Below are positions 1-13,100 of a DNA stretch of 64,000 nucleotides, piece after piece. Position numbers and translations under genes: made by a program. Below the pieces are notes generated by a model. It saw nothing but the letters and a program-made list of their open reading frames with translations, was not told where the DNA came from and did no database searches. Position 1 is the stretch's first letter. Every line of letters starts with the position of its first letter. The DNA comes from Epiperipatus broadwayi (Eukaryota > Animalia > Onychophora), in contig JAQFVV010000005.1 in NCBI GenBank assembly GCA_028023455.1, positions 18,910,001-18,974,000 of the forward strand. The letters run 5' to 3'.

Positions 1-105
1 AGTAATCAATGGATGCCAGAAGGCTTGTGCATAAAATCCATATCTAGTGCCTACTCATCCAATATCCCCAGACAGGTTTCTGGCTTGTGATCATGTGATG
101 TTAAC
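1..105. repeat. Dispersed repeat 'family A' fragment with a decayed hammerhead-like motif on the - strand
   Basis: 1-64 matches the reverse complement of 57790-57853, and TAATCAATGGATGCCAGA is shared with ~718-735. The - strand reads GAAA-CCTG-TC, but the CUGANGA box is degenerate. Confidence 0.45.
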
Positions 106-1189
106 AATCTTTCAACTAGGAAATAAAATTTAAAATAAAAAAAGATTATAAGTTATTTTGAGAAATTCTGTATATATCTGAAATTCATATTAAGATAATA
201 TATACATATTCTAGAATCTTCTCTCATTTTATTTTTCTTAAATTATGATATAAGAAATTCTTATAAAACATTCTTTGTATTTTCATGACTAATAAAAATT
301 ATTAATATAGATACCTACTTGTTCATATAAGATCCAGTCTAATTTTATTTATTTTCATATTTAAAAAATTATGCTAATTCTATTATCCATAAGAGATACA
401 ATAATTTCATCTAGTTTAAAGACTTATCCAATATCAAAATTTGAAATTATTGCACTATGACTTGCAAAGAATATATATATAAAATCGTTTATTATGGTAT
501 TGAAAAAACTATTTCCCTTTTTGTTTCAAATGGCTCTTCTTGTTAAATATTTACTTTAGCACAAATTAATTTTAGATTGATTAAATATTAGTTTTTCATT
601 TTTTAAAACTTTTACTATAAATAATTGAAATATTAACAACAATATTACATGACTTTCTCATAAGCATTCAAGAGCAATTATCTTTATCCTATTCTAGGGC
701 CATTTATGTAAGCCTGAATAATCAATGGATGCCAGATGATAAAGTTCTATAATATCCCCTACCATAGACTAGTTTCTGACTTTTGCCTTGATTAGGATTC
801 AAAGCTAAAACTAATGCCTTTGTGGCATCTAGAAACTTTTTCCTCTTTTATAAGTTTTTAAAAGGCTTTTGTTTAACTTACAATCTGTGTGTTTGTTTGT
901 TTGTTTCATAGATATAATTTAAATAAAATACACATGAGGACAGTGTAGAGATTTTTTTGGTTCAATTAAAAGCTTTTAAAATTGAGCTTAATACCTTTTA
1001 AGTAATGTGCAGGATTTTTAAAAATAAAACAAAGTTACTTTACAATATAGTTTTGTTAGGCTTTATATATATAAAGCTGGTCTTAGAATTTCAATACTAA
1101 CTAATGCAGGCAATTTTTTTAATATAATAATGGACACATACTAAATAGGATATAATTGCAAGGAAATCAAGTCATATATCATGTAGGTT

Positions 1190-1480
1190 AATTTAATAAG
1201 CTTGTATTACAAATGTTATATAATGAGCATGCCAATGGCTCTCAACAAGTTTTTCAGAATATCCCTATCCTCATCGCTGGATTTGAAGACATAAGGATGT
1301 CTGAAATTTTCAGATTTTTTTATTTAATAATTAAACCATTAGATAAAGTGCTAGGCAACTTGTATTTTAAATCTAATGCTTGAATATCCTAGTGCCTCAC
1401 TGACGAAAGCGAGAGCTAGAAACTGGTCTGAGGATAAGGATATTCTGAAAAGCTTGTTAAGAGCTATTAGCACACTCATT
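1190..1480 (+). mobile_element. Non-coding hammerhead-bearing repeat ('family D', PLE pLTR-like or retrozyme-like) with an upstream inverted partial copy
   Basis: Internal sequence is homologous to 48800-49000 (GAAGACATA.GGATGTCTGA...TTAGATAAAGTGCT...AATCTAATGCT). 1239-1273 is the inverted copy of 1429-1464. Confidence 0.7.
1383..1444 (+). ncRNA. Type I hammerhead ribozyme (canonical core)
   Basis: Stem I CCTCA/TGAGG, extended across an internal loop by AATATCCT/AGGATATT. CTGACGA at 1400-1406; stem II AGC-GAGA-GCT; GAAA at 1419-1422; C-TG-G; GTC cleavage triplet at 1426-1428. Confidence 0.85.
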
Positions 1481-1631
1481 ATATAAATAGGATATATACA
1501 TAAGGTGTATACATATTAACTTATTGCAGAAATATCTAATGATACATATATAAACTATTAGTGTCAAGTTCCATATAAGTACAATATAGTTGAACATTTT
1601 TATTTACAGTGCCAATACTAAAAACTTAAAA

Positions 1632-1918
1632 ATAAATAGAGATAAAAAAATATTTTATAGTAAATGTTTTTATTTGTCAAACATTAAAAACTGAAAATAT
1701 AATTGTTTCTTCAACCACAATTGGATTTTTTAGATTGAAATTTGAAATAAAAGCTTGGAATGGGGGGGGGTTTACATTCCTATGTGAACCACTACATTTT
1801 TATTTCAGGTTTATTCTAAAAACCCAATTGTGTTTAAAGAAATAATTGTTTTTTTGATTTTTAATGTATAACAAATAAAAGCATTTACTATAAAATATTT
1901 TTTATCTCTATTTATTTA
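1632..1918. mobile_element. MITE-like foldback (~115 bp imperfect inverted arms)
   Basis: AAATAAATAGAGATAAAAAAATATTTTATAGTAAATG...GAAATAAAA is mirrored by TTTTATTTCA...CATTTACTATAAAATATTTTTTATCTCTATTTATTT. No ORF. Confidence 0.6.
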
Positions 1919-4900
1919 TTACTATTACTTTCAAGCTATAAACTAAAATAGTACACAAAGGGGTAAAAAGTGCCTGCTGGATGCTGCATTTGTTTCAGTT
2001 TTGAATCCAATTTTTACTGATGAAATCAAAAGCTGAAAACCAATCTGAGAATATTATAGCATCATATAGGGCATCTGGTATTCAACAATTCTTCAAATTT
2101 AAAGAGAACTGCTTTTGCAAAAATAGCTGATATTTTAAACATGAAATCTGTACACATGCTTACATTTAAAACTGCCATTGAATATTTTTTCTTCTTATTT
2201 TTTTACTAATCAGATAAAATAAAATGTAGTGATATAAGGTTATGCTGTTAAATAAAAAAAGAAAAGAAAATCAGTGTCATTAAACATTGTTTGTTAATAT
2301 TTTTTAATGTAAAATAATAATGACAATATGGGAAAAAATTATAATACTATCGACTTGCATTCCATATAGACATAAACTGAATATAAACGTGCATAATAAT
2401 CTATAGAAAAGTGTTTCTTTCATTACTACTACATTATAAATTCAATGTACAAGTATATCATACAAAACAAAGTTCACAATTGTTTTAATCTCTAAGTATT
2501 AAATGATATGGGAAAATCTCTTATAGTAACAGTATATAAAAAAAAATTAGCAGAATGTTTTCAAGACTAAAAGCAGATAAGATGTGATATGTTATCACAT
2601 CTTATAATATACCATCATTACAAACCTTCAGACAAATAAATAGAAGCAGATAAAATCCATAAAATGTTAATTGACTATTATTTGGCTTCTTTCTTCAATA
2701 ACTTTTATTCCCAAATAAATCTGGTGTAATAATAAGACAGAATTTTTTTTTTTACTAAATAAAAAAAATTAATATAAATAAAAACAGATTCTTTTTCTAT
2801 GTGTTGTCTAAATATAAACAACCATTTTCTTTTTGTCAGAAATCTGTAGAAATAAAGTGATAATCATTCAGGGTGAAATTTTAAACTCAAACCAGATCTA
2901 ATCAAAATATTATTAATTTCAGCTTATAAGTAATAAACACAGATAAGAACCATTATATCTCATTTAATAACCATATGATTGATCAAAACAAGTCAATTAA
3001 TTGTAAATATTTAATAAACTTTGCACATAATGTATGTACATATATATAATGTAAACAGAAACAGACTTCTGTATCCTATCATTAAAAAAGTAAATATCAT
3101 TTCAGAAAATCTACAAAAATAAAGCAGCTATATAATAACCCTTACTGCTCCAAGAATAATAAAGTTTAATTTTCTATTTCCATTTAGTTTGATATATACA
3201 TTTAATAATGTATTTATTAAATATTTATAATTAACTGACTTGCATCGATTGATCATAAGGTAATTAAAATGAAATACAAGGGTGGCTCTTACTTGCATCA
3301 TTGTTATCTATGAGTTCAAATTAATAACAATATTTTTATAACTAGTTTGAGTATGAATTTCACTCTGAATTTCATCATAAGTCAAAAAATTAAGTCTTGT
3401 TAGTTTGGAGCAATAAGAATAAATGGCTGCTTTATTCTTACAGATTATTTGATAAAGTGTGTGTTTATATTTATATCATTAGCATATAAAAAAGATCTGC
3501 TTCCATTTATATTACATATATATATTTAATGACGCGTTTATTAAATATTTAAACTTAAATTTAGTATACTTTAGTAACTTTGAAAAAATTATATATCTAT
3601 TTATAAATATTCCAATATTGCAATTTTTTGTCAACGTTACTTTTGTTTCCTGAATTCCTATAAAAGTAAAATGACAACAAACTATAGACTTAATGAATAT
3701 AACAAAAACAAAATTTTAAAAGAAATATATATTTTAAAACCCAAAAGTATAAAATTATGATTAACAAAGCATAATGCATATGCTGCTTTTACTTACAAAT
3801 TTTATATACATGCTATTCAACAATGTAAGGAGATCTAAAATAAAAACACATCAAAGAATATATTTTTAACAAAATACTCCTCTTATATTCACTGTCAATT
3901 AGATCTAAGTTTTGTGTGAATTCTTGGAACCATGGACAATGATGAACTCTGTATAATGTACACAATTAACATATATACATATATTTGATTCAGTTTAATT
4001 TTAAAATTATGATAGTCAACAAAAATAGAATAATGTAATTATAAAAAATACAGAAGACCAATAAATTCAGTGATTACATTCATATATGTAATGATTTGTT
4101 CTTATTGAACATCTGGTCGATTTCATCATAATTTTTTATCCTTTCACTGTTAAATTAATTTGTTTCATTTTATCAAGTTAAAAAAAAAGCTTCTCTTATG
4201 CTTGATAGAATTGCTATCATCATTAGTTTTGCATTTTGAAGACCACTTCAAATAAAATTTTATTCAATAATTCATAGCGATACTTAGCAACCATAAGAAT
4301 GATTGCTATGCAGGGAGAGTAAGATGAAAAAATAATTGACTAAAAAATAATTCACAATTTTGCTTACATAAGTTGAAATCCATCAAAATTTATAACTTTC
4401 TAGTTTATTTTTCTTCAACATGAATGTTATTGAAACCATAAATTATGAGCTTTAAATGTAGAAAATAAAAAATACAGACCACAAAATTTATTATTTCAGC
4501 AAAGAAATTCTGACAGATGAAAGTATATACAGTTATGTACTTAATTATTTTAATGTTTCAAAAAAAAAAACCTATCCTAAGAAAAAAGAATCCCATCAAT
4601 TGAATTCTCCTTCATGGATGTCCTCTAATTTAATACCAGAGAACGAATTCTCAAAATAATTTGGTTTGTAATAAAATGGATTCTTGCAAATTTTGGTTTT
4701 GATAAATGCTCAATTTTCTACTTTTGTTTATTGCAAATAAGATTTTAACTAAAATTTATTCATTTTGTTCTTTATAGATTTGCAGGAATTCTTTTCTATG
4801 TGATGACATTTTGGTAATATTTTTGATCCAAATATTGTTTAAAATCATAATATTAACTTCTTCCTCTTAACAATTCCATATTTCAAGCATACTAATAGTA

Positions 4901-5899
4901 ATCCCAAGCAGAGCATAAATGTTCATCATCTGGAAGAGTCCAATGCAAGATATTACCATAAATATTTTCCAAAACAATTCCTTTTTCTATAGATCCATTC
5001 TTCATATTATTGAAGCAACAATGCTTCTTTGTGATCAGCACAGTATCAGATTTGGCACTTCAGAAAAAATATATAAAATTTAACTTATCATCTTATAATT
5101 CTCTTGGTTACTGGCAAAACAACTCTTCCAATTTTGAAATCTATGTCCACTAATACTTACTTAGTGTTACCTAAAAACTGGGAATGTCTATAATAAATGT
5201 TTTAGGATAAAGCAAGTTTTGAATTGTTAAGAAGGCACCATCTCTAGTGCATTATTTTGCCAATGACTTTCTTCAAAAAGTAAAAATAATTTCTGAGTTC
5301 TGCCATGTGCAACATAATTTCCTCATTATGGCACATATAATGGACTTTCTTACTGTCAATTGATAAATGGACACAACACAATTGTAATGAATTAAAATGT
5401 TTTTAGGTAACTCCAAAAAGATCATTTTGTTTCATTTTATAGCAATTTCAGTTTGTTTTTCAGTATGAGAAGAGAGCTCTTCAAATTCAATGATTTATAT
5501 ATTTTGATGTCAATTTCATTATTTGTGATCATTTGGCTTATACATAAAATATGTGAAATGTTATCAGGCACCAATACAAATATGATTTTTGGGAATCTTT
5601 TCTTTCAAATATACTACAATAATCTACTATATGATAAAATGTAACTGATTTACTTAATAATATTAAATTAAAATAAATGAATAGCTGCATTTTTCAAAGG
5701 GTCATAAAAAGTGTAACATTAGAAATGCCAGAAGGAATTAATACAAAAATCTTAGACTGCAGATTTATGATATTCTATACTGCACCAAACCATGCAAGGT
5801 TTGTCATTTTAATGACAGCTCATTTGCTATAACTACTCCATTGAGCATTTCTATACAATAAAATTTTGTATCTTCTTTAAAACATTTATTACTTTTTCC

Positions 5900-6360
5900 A
5901 AATTCTTAATGGAGTTGAATTAACTATGAACTATTCTGGCCACATAGATATTGCACTTAATTTATTATTCATATTTCCTGAGATGTAAGTTATGATTGAT
6001 TAATATACTTTCTTCATAGGAATGAAGCTTCATCTTTTTTTATCAGTTGTATATTTATGTTTGGCAAAAAGTCAATTATAGCTCATATAAGTGATATACT
6101 GGAGTAATTCTATTATTTTTAGTAATAGTTTCAGCATTTTTAGGATATATTCTACTTAGATAACAAATATCTTTTTGAGATACAATCACAATTACTACCT
6201 CACAATAATTCTCTGCTTTGTTTTCCAATGATCATGAGAAATGTTTGTCATTAGCAATGCAACAATACCATGATTTTTTTTCTGTTCATTTTCTTTTATC
6301 ATTTATTACTTCTGCTTTTTATTCATTGTTTGTTTCTCTGCCACACAAATCATATATAAA
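5900..6360 (+). pseudogene. cytb: NUMT: decayed mitochondrial cytochrome b fragment
   Basis: In the invertebrate mitochondrial code (TGA=W, ATA=M) it reads IHISWDVSYDWLM..LHSNEASSFF, WYTGVILLFLVMVSAFLGYILL.*QMSFW and QWSW..F.ISNAT..WFFSVHFLL. These match conserved cytb segments, with stops and frameshifts. Confidence 0.85.
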
Positions 6361-6993
6361 CATTTTTTTTATCTGTGAAAATATTAACTATATTTCTATA
6401 AATTAGTTAATGATTAACATTAACAACTGTAACATATTTAACAAACATCTATATTCAGACAAGAAATAAATTTATGTATCAGGAGTTTATCTCCCTTTTA
6501 TTTCTTTTCTTACTGTGATGAAACCTATTGACATAATCAGAAACAAATGTTGCCTGTAAAAAGAAATCTGCCTACAACTACTTTTTTTTTAATTAATTTT
6601 TTCCAAATTAAGATATTGATCTGCCATATTTCTGAAAACAATTAATGTTATTGATATGTTAAAACTGAAAGCAGAAAGCAGCTGCAAACAACCACTGATA
6701 ACAATCATGCACTTTCTTTTGTACATTGCTGCAATTCTTCAGAGTCAATAATCAAATTTTATTGAAAAATCCCTTAATATTCATACAAAAATGTGGCAAA
6801 AAGTACTATCAAACCACAAATGGTTAAAAAATGAACATTTTCAATTGTCTGATTATAACTCCTAGAAGACACTCTAAAGTCTGTTTTCCAGCAAGTCACT
6901 CAACATAAGTCATTTTGTAAGAAATGAATAGACAAAAGTATTCTGATTTAAATACATTTCAACAAACTTAGAATCATGCACAATAATAATAAT

Positions 6994-8274
6994 ATTTACC
7001 CACCACCATGAACACTTTTTAGCAAAAACCTTTTGTTGTACTTATATGCAGACACAATCTTATGTTTCAACTGTTCTACAGTCTTCTTCAGAGCTATGAT
7101 ATAATGAACAACATAAAATAAAATACATAACATATAAAAATAATATCATAAAATTGTAAGCAATAAAATTAATAAAATAATAATAATAGTAATAATAAAA
7201 ACCAATAAAAAAACAACATCAAATATAACAAAACATAATAAAACTGAAATAAATATCAAACCCAAATAAAATATACAATATAAATATAAAATAAATCTAA
7301 ATTATACATGTGTATTCCTGACTGAATACATACATATTCATGAACAACTATTAATTTAAATATATTGTTTATTTTTCTTATTTTTTTTAATAATCTCCTA
7401 ATTATCTCTATTCCTTATAAACTAAACTTTAATTTTATTAGCTCCACCTTAATAAAATACTTAATAGTTTTATTTGTATATAATTCTCTTTTCAACCTTA
7501 ATTCATTTATTAATACTCTTTTTAATTTTTAAATCATATATCTATTATTTTTTTATTCATTCTTCTGTTATTAATAATATTATACATATATATTTTTTAA
7601 ATATCTAAAAACTATAAATATTGTAATATTTTAACTTACCTATTTTATTTTAATTTTTTTAAAAGTAAAAAAACCTTTTTTTTTTTTTTAAAGATTACAA
7701 TATTTATAGTTTTTAGATATTTAAAAAATATATAGAAAATATTATTAATAACAGAATGAATAAGAAAATAATAGATATATGGTTTAAAAATTAAAAAGAA
7801 TATTAATAAATAAATTATGGATGAACTGAAAATTATATACAAATAAAATTATTAAGTATTTTATTAAGGTAGAGCTAATAAAAATAAAGTTTAAGTTTGA
7901 TTATTTAAAAAAAATTAAAAATTAATAATATATTTAAATTAATAGTTGTTCATGAATATGCATGTATTCAGTCAGGAATACAAATGTATAATTTGGATTT
8001 ATTTTATATTTATATAGTATATTTTATTTTATATTAACTGGATTATCCTATTTGGGTTTGATATTTATTTCAGTTTTATTGTTTTATATTTTATGTTGTT
8101 TTATTATTATTATTTTATTATGGTATTATTTATATATGTTATGTATTTTATTTTATATTATTCATTATATCATAGCTCTGAAGAAGACCCAGGACAGTCC
8201 AAACCTAAGATTGTGTATGCATATAGGTACAATAAAAGGCTTTTGCTAAAAAGTGTTCAAAGTGGTGGATAAAT
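6994..8274. mobile_element. ~1.3 kb head-to-head inverted repeat with a decayed PLE-type hammerhead in each arm
   Basis: Arms ~6994-7627 and ~7694-8274. CATAGCT-CTGAAGA-A-GAC...GTC/GTT-(G/C)AAAC occurs at 8171-8215 (+) and 7053-7098 (-). Confidence 0.7.
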
Positions 8275-9625
8275 GACATTTATATAAGATATTACAACAA
8301 AATAAAGAAAGTGGTGAAGTTGGTAATAGTAATATTAATAATAATAAAGAATATTAAACACACAAAGTTAATTAATTTACAATATCTGAAATACATAAAT
8401 AGTTCAAACATATTATTATATCAAATAAAATAAAAATAGTTAAAAACAACAATATAGCAAATAAATACAATGTTAATTTAACAATGGGGAAATAAAAGTT
8501 AATACTATACAGTGAAGGTGAGATAATAAAATCAGATCTGTCTAAAATCTTATGTATTCTTTAAATAAATAAAAAATTAGTTCCCACAATTTTTAGAAGC
8601 ATTGTTATACCAGCTTCTGGGCTAAGCACTTAATATACATTCAATATTAAATATATTAGTTAAATTTTAATACAAAACTAGCAGGTATATATTTATTTAT
8701 GTGTGTGCATATATGGGCAATTTAAATAATATGGAGTACTGAAGTAATGTGAATAAGAATAAGTTCTGGAATAATTTTGTCAAATTATTTAAATTTACAT
8801 ATGTAAAGACAATTAAAAAAAAAGATGAAGTACATACATGAAGTCTAAGAAATTAGATAATAGACATTTTGTGTAACTTAAAAATATCAAATGAAAGATT
8901 GACTTATAGTACAAAAATATTCTTACTGTGATTGTATTTGTTTGTACATATATATATATATCATTAAAAACCAGTCAACCCTTAAGATAATCCCAATATC
9001 AATAACAATCAACAATTTCAATCTGTTTTCAAGGTAAACCGGTGGAATATATATATATAATAATGATATCCATTCTAAGCTTAAAGGTTATGAATGAAAA
9101 TATATATACTATATACCAAAACTAAACCTTAAGCCTTCTTAAGTTTATATATCGATCTACATTTGAAAATGATGAATTCTATACATTAGCCAACTATTCA
9201 AAATCAGAAATCTATTTGCATTACCACCTTGTAGCCATTTAAACTTGCATAATTGGTTAGAGTTGTAACAGAAAGATCACCAGTAACTAAAGGGAAAGGT
9301 TAATATATTGTAAAAACAGTATGCAATTATACTGTCAAAATAGTATGCCAATTATAAAGAACAATGAATCTTTCTATTCTTTCTAAACTTCTTAAATATT
9401 TATCTGTTATTATTATTATTGAACAATGTATGAATGGCTGGAAATTTACAATTGCAAATTACATAAAAGATTTGAATTATAATTTGTATAATTTTGTTAC
9501 TAATCATTCAGAATGTAAGTGATATAATCTATCAATTAAAAAATTAAATGAAATTATTACTTAATGCAAATCTTAATAAATTATTTAAAATTAAAACCTA
9601 TGGAACATGGCTTGAGATATTATTA

Positions 9626-9843
9626 ATAATCAATTCAACTCAATTGAAATAAATATCTAATATTAAATAATTATTTTATTCTAACTAGTTTTCATCCAAT
9701 ATTAGGATTAGGTCCTAATTTTGGATGAAAATCAGAATAAAATAATTATTTAATATTAGTTGTTTATTTTTGGACAAAAACTGGTTAGAATAAAATAATT
9801 ATTTAATATTAGTTATTTATTTCAATTGAATTGAATTGATTAT
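9626..9843. repeat. Small foldback with an internal duplication of the right arm
   Basis: ATAATCAATTC...TTCATCCAATATTAGGA / TCCTAATTTTGGATGAAA...GAATTGATTAT around a ~5 nt loop. AGAATAAAATAATTATTTAATATTAG occurs twice on the right side. Confidence 0.6.
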
Positions 9844-10174
9844 GAATAAAATCAATATAATATTTCTTATATTTGACCATTGTTAAGGGTTGAGATATTG
9901 TAAAATGGACATTTTTTTTTTTTTACAAAATTTGTTTATTTACAATTATATACATTTAGTTTGCTTTTGGTTTACTTTAGTTATTTGTTTGAATTTTTTT
10001 TCTTACCACATCTGAGATACAGTAAATTTAATTTAATACTAACAGCAATATCGGATGACCCCTTATATGCTTTCTAATATCATTCTAGAGTAGGATGAAA
10101 ATATAGTAACATCGTTTGATGTCTATATTATTTTAGTTATTAATTTAGGAAATACATTAAACAGCTATCAAAAT

Positions 10175-13100
10175 TATAGTGTTTATACACTGAATAAGTA
10201 ATGAAATTTCAATAACAGCAAAATACTCCAGAAAACTAAAGTAAAATGGTTTAGAAAATTGATTGATAACAGAGATATAAAAAAAACATTTGTGGAAAGA
10301 AAAATATTAAAAATGTAGAGTACTTTAGTAATTATAAAGTTTTGTTACAGACACACTGAAAGGTATGGAAGAGCAAGATGAAGAACTGATTAGAGAAAAG
10401 ATAAAACAACCTAAAATAGAATATCCAGAAAATGATACTAATTAAATTCACGGCAAAGGAATTTAATCAAGTAGGAGAAACAAATATGGGGGAAATGGAG
10501 ACTATATAAACTCAGATATTGCAGGAGTTAAATGCTTTTTTACTGCTCAGCGGTTGTAAATTTGGAGTCTAGTATCTGGTCTCATCTGTAGCAAGTTGTC
10601 ATGTACCAGCGAGGTAGAAAACTCAGAGACTTAGATCTGAATGTTCAGAAATCTGACTAATTTTAAAACAGATCATCCTGATCTTTTTTGTTTTGCATCA
10701 GGATTTAATATCAGGAAACTTGGTAAAATATTTAGCAGAAGTTGAAAGAGCTATGTCAGAACAAAGAACTGTGATTAGGGAAGTACATTTAAGAGTGATT
10801 TTTAAATTATTTAGAACTTTGGGGGGTACATGTGTAAGTGCAAATAATCAAATGTTGATATATTTGAAGAGATCAATAAATATCATTTTTCTAAGATAGT
10901 CTCATATATTTTTTGAGAGTGTTTCTTAGTCAAGTTGTAGGGAAATACATCACAATAAAATGGCAGTCAGAAATTCAACCCGAGTGATAAGGAAAATAAT
11001 ATTAAAGTGGAAAAGTAAGAATAGTGCAGTCAAGTTTTGATTTTGTAAGCAATTGTAACATCTCATACTGCAATCGAAGGTTAAAATGACTATAAATCAA
11101 GCAAATATCTAAATATTCGATATTGATAATGCATGGGAATGACCTTTATATATAACACAGCTTGAATATTTTTTCACGCTTAATATCATAAGCAAAAATA
11201 GTATGAAGGTAACTGCTATGCTGTGTTTGGCAGGGAGGAAAGTAATAGAAATTATTAAGTTATTTGATGGATTATAACTGTGACAGTGATATATGAGAAG
11301 GTACTGAAAAATTTAACAAAACATTTTAGCCCATGGCTGTCTAAACATATTTCCAGATTGGCACTACTAAATACAAAACAGGCAAAAGGAGATAAAATTA
11401 AGGATTTCGAAATAGTGTTATGTCAGCTAGCAAAACATTGTCAATATAGTAAACAGGTATTGTTGGATCAGTTGTTATGGAGAATGACAGACAAAAGATT
11501 AAGGTAGACTTTATTGACTGAAACAGAGTTGTCATATGAATCAGCAATTAAAAAAAGGATGGCATATGAATTAATAATTGAGCAAGCCATCACATTTAAA
11601 AGTAAATCAGAAGATGTCAGAACATTAGTTTTATAAAATTGATAAAAATATGCTGCCGAGAAATTATAAATCAAATAGTGAAACAAAACCAACAAGGAAA
11701 TGTTTTTGTTGCAGTAAAACGGGATATTTCATGAAGAATTGCAAAGGGCGATGAGAAAGCTGCTTTAATTGCGAAAATAGAGGTCATTTGGCAACAATTT
11801 GCAAATAAAACCAAGACAAAGGAGAAGCAAGATAAAAGAGCCAAAACCAAACAGAGGGAAAAAAGCAATAAGAAGTGAATATAATATGACATTACATGGA
11901 CAAAAGCAATATATGCTAATAACTAAAATATTTAGCACAAAACTTGAAATGGAGATTGAGAACAGTTTGGATATTTCACTGATATCCAAAAGCTAATGGG
12001 AGGAAATAGTAGAAAATTATAAAGAGGTTAAAATGAAAATGGCTGATATCAAAGTTAAAGATGTAAGCAATAACTCATTAATTGTAGTTGGAATGGTAAA
12101 TGTTCCAGTTGCATACAGAGGCCAAGTACACTATTTTTCAATTTATATTGCAAAAAGACAACTAAGTCCCATAATCGGTAGAGATTGATTTAAGAAGTTA
12201 GGGATTAAGGTTTCCATTGTTAAAAACACTTCCATCCAACAGGAAATGTTAAACATGTATCCAGAGTTATTCATGAAAGAGTTAGAATTAATAAAAGCAA
12301 ACACGGTAGAAGTAGAATTAAGTGAAAAAATAAACAGCCAATGGTTTGTAAGCCATGGAAAGTTTCATTGGCTCACTCACAAGAATGTTGAAGAGAAGTT
12401 AAAGACATTGGTGTATAGAGATGTGTTAACCCCAGTACAAGATGCACAATGGCCAAGCCTATAGTGGTGATAAGTAAATTTAATGGTAAAATCAGAATGT
12501 GCCAAGATTACTGAGTGACAGTATAAAGGTGCTTATCTGGTACCTAACATTAGAGGTTTTAGTGAGTTTCATCAAATTAAAGTAACAGAGAAATCATCAA
12601 AAATCTTAATGTTAATCATACCATTTGGTCTGTTCAAATGTAATTACCTACCATTTGGTGTTACTACAGTGCCCACTATTTTTCAGGCAAAGTTAAACTT
12701 ATTGTTACAAGGGTTTAAAGGAGTAACACCATACTACAGTGGTATTTTGATAACAGCAACATCAACAGATTTGTTAAGATCGAGAATTTTTGAAATTTTG
12801 CGAGAAAGAAAGTAGGGCAGAGGTTAGGGTAAACCTTGAAAAATGTGTATGGGAAACTCAAGAGTTAAAATTTCTGGGACATAGCATTTCAGATAAAAGA
12901 AAATATCCTTTAAGTGGCAAAGTCAGAGCTGTGAGAAATACTGAAAGGCCAAAGAATGTCAAGCAGCTTCTGCCATTTAGGGCTATTAAATTTTTTCAAA
13001 CCATTTTTAAAGAACAAGACTAGGATTGCAAAACTGTTATATGAATTACTGCGCAAAGGGTTAAAGATGGGCTAAAGAGTTTTTATTATCAGATATGCTG

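Noticed and set aside
4900-5400. Possible decayed transposase on the - strand
   Set aside because: No diagnostic motif identifiable by eye.
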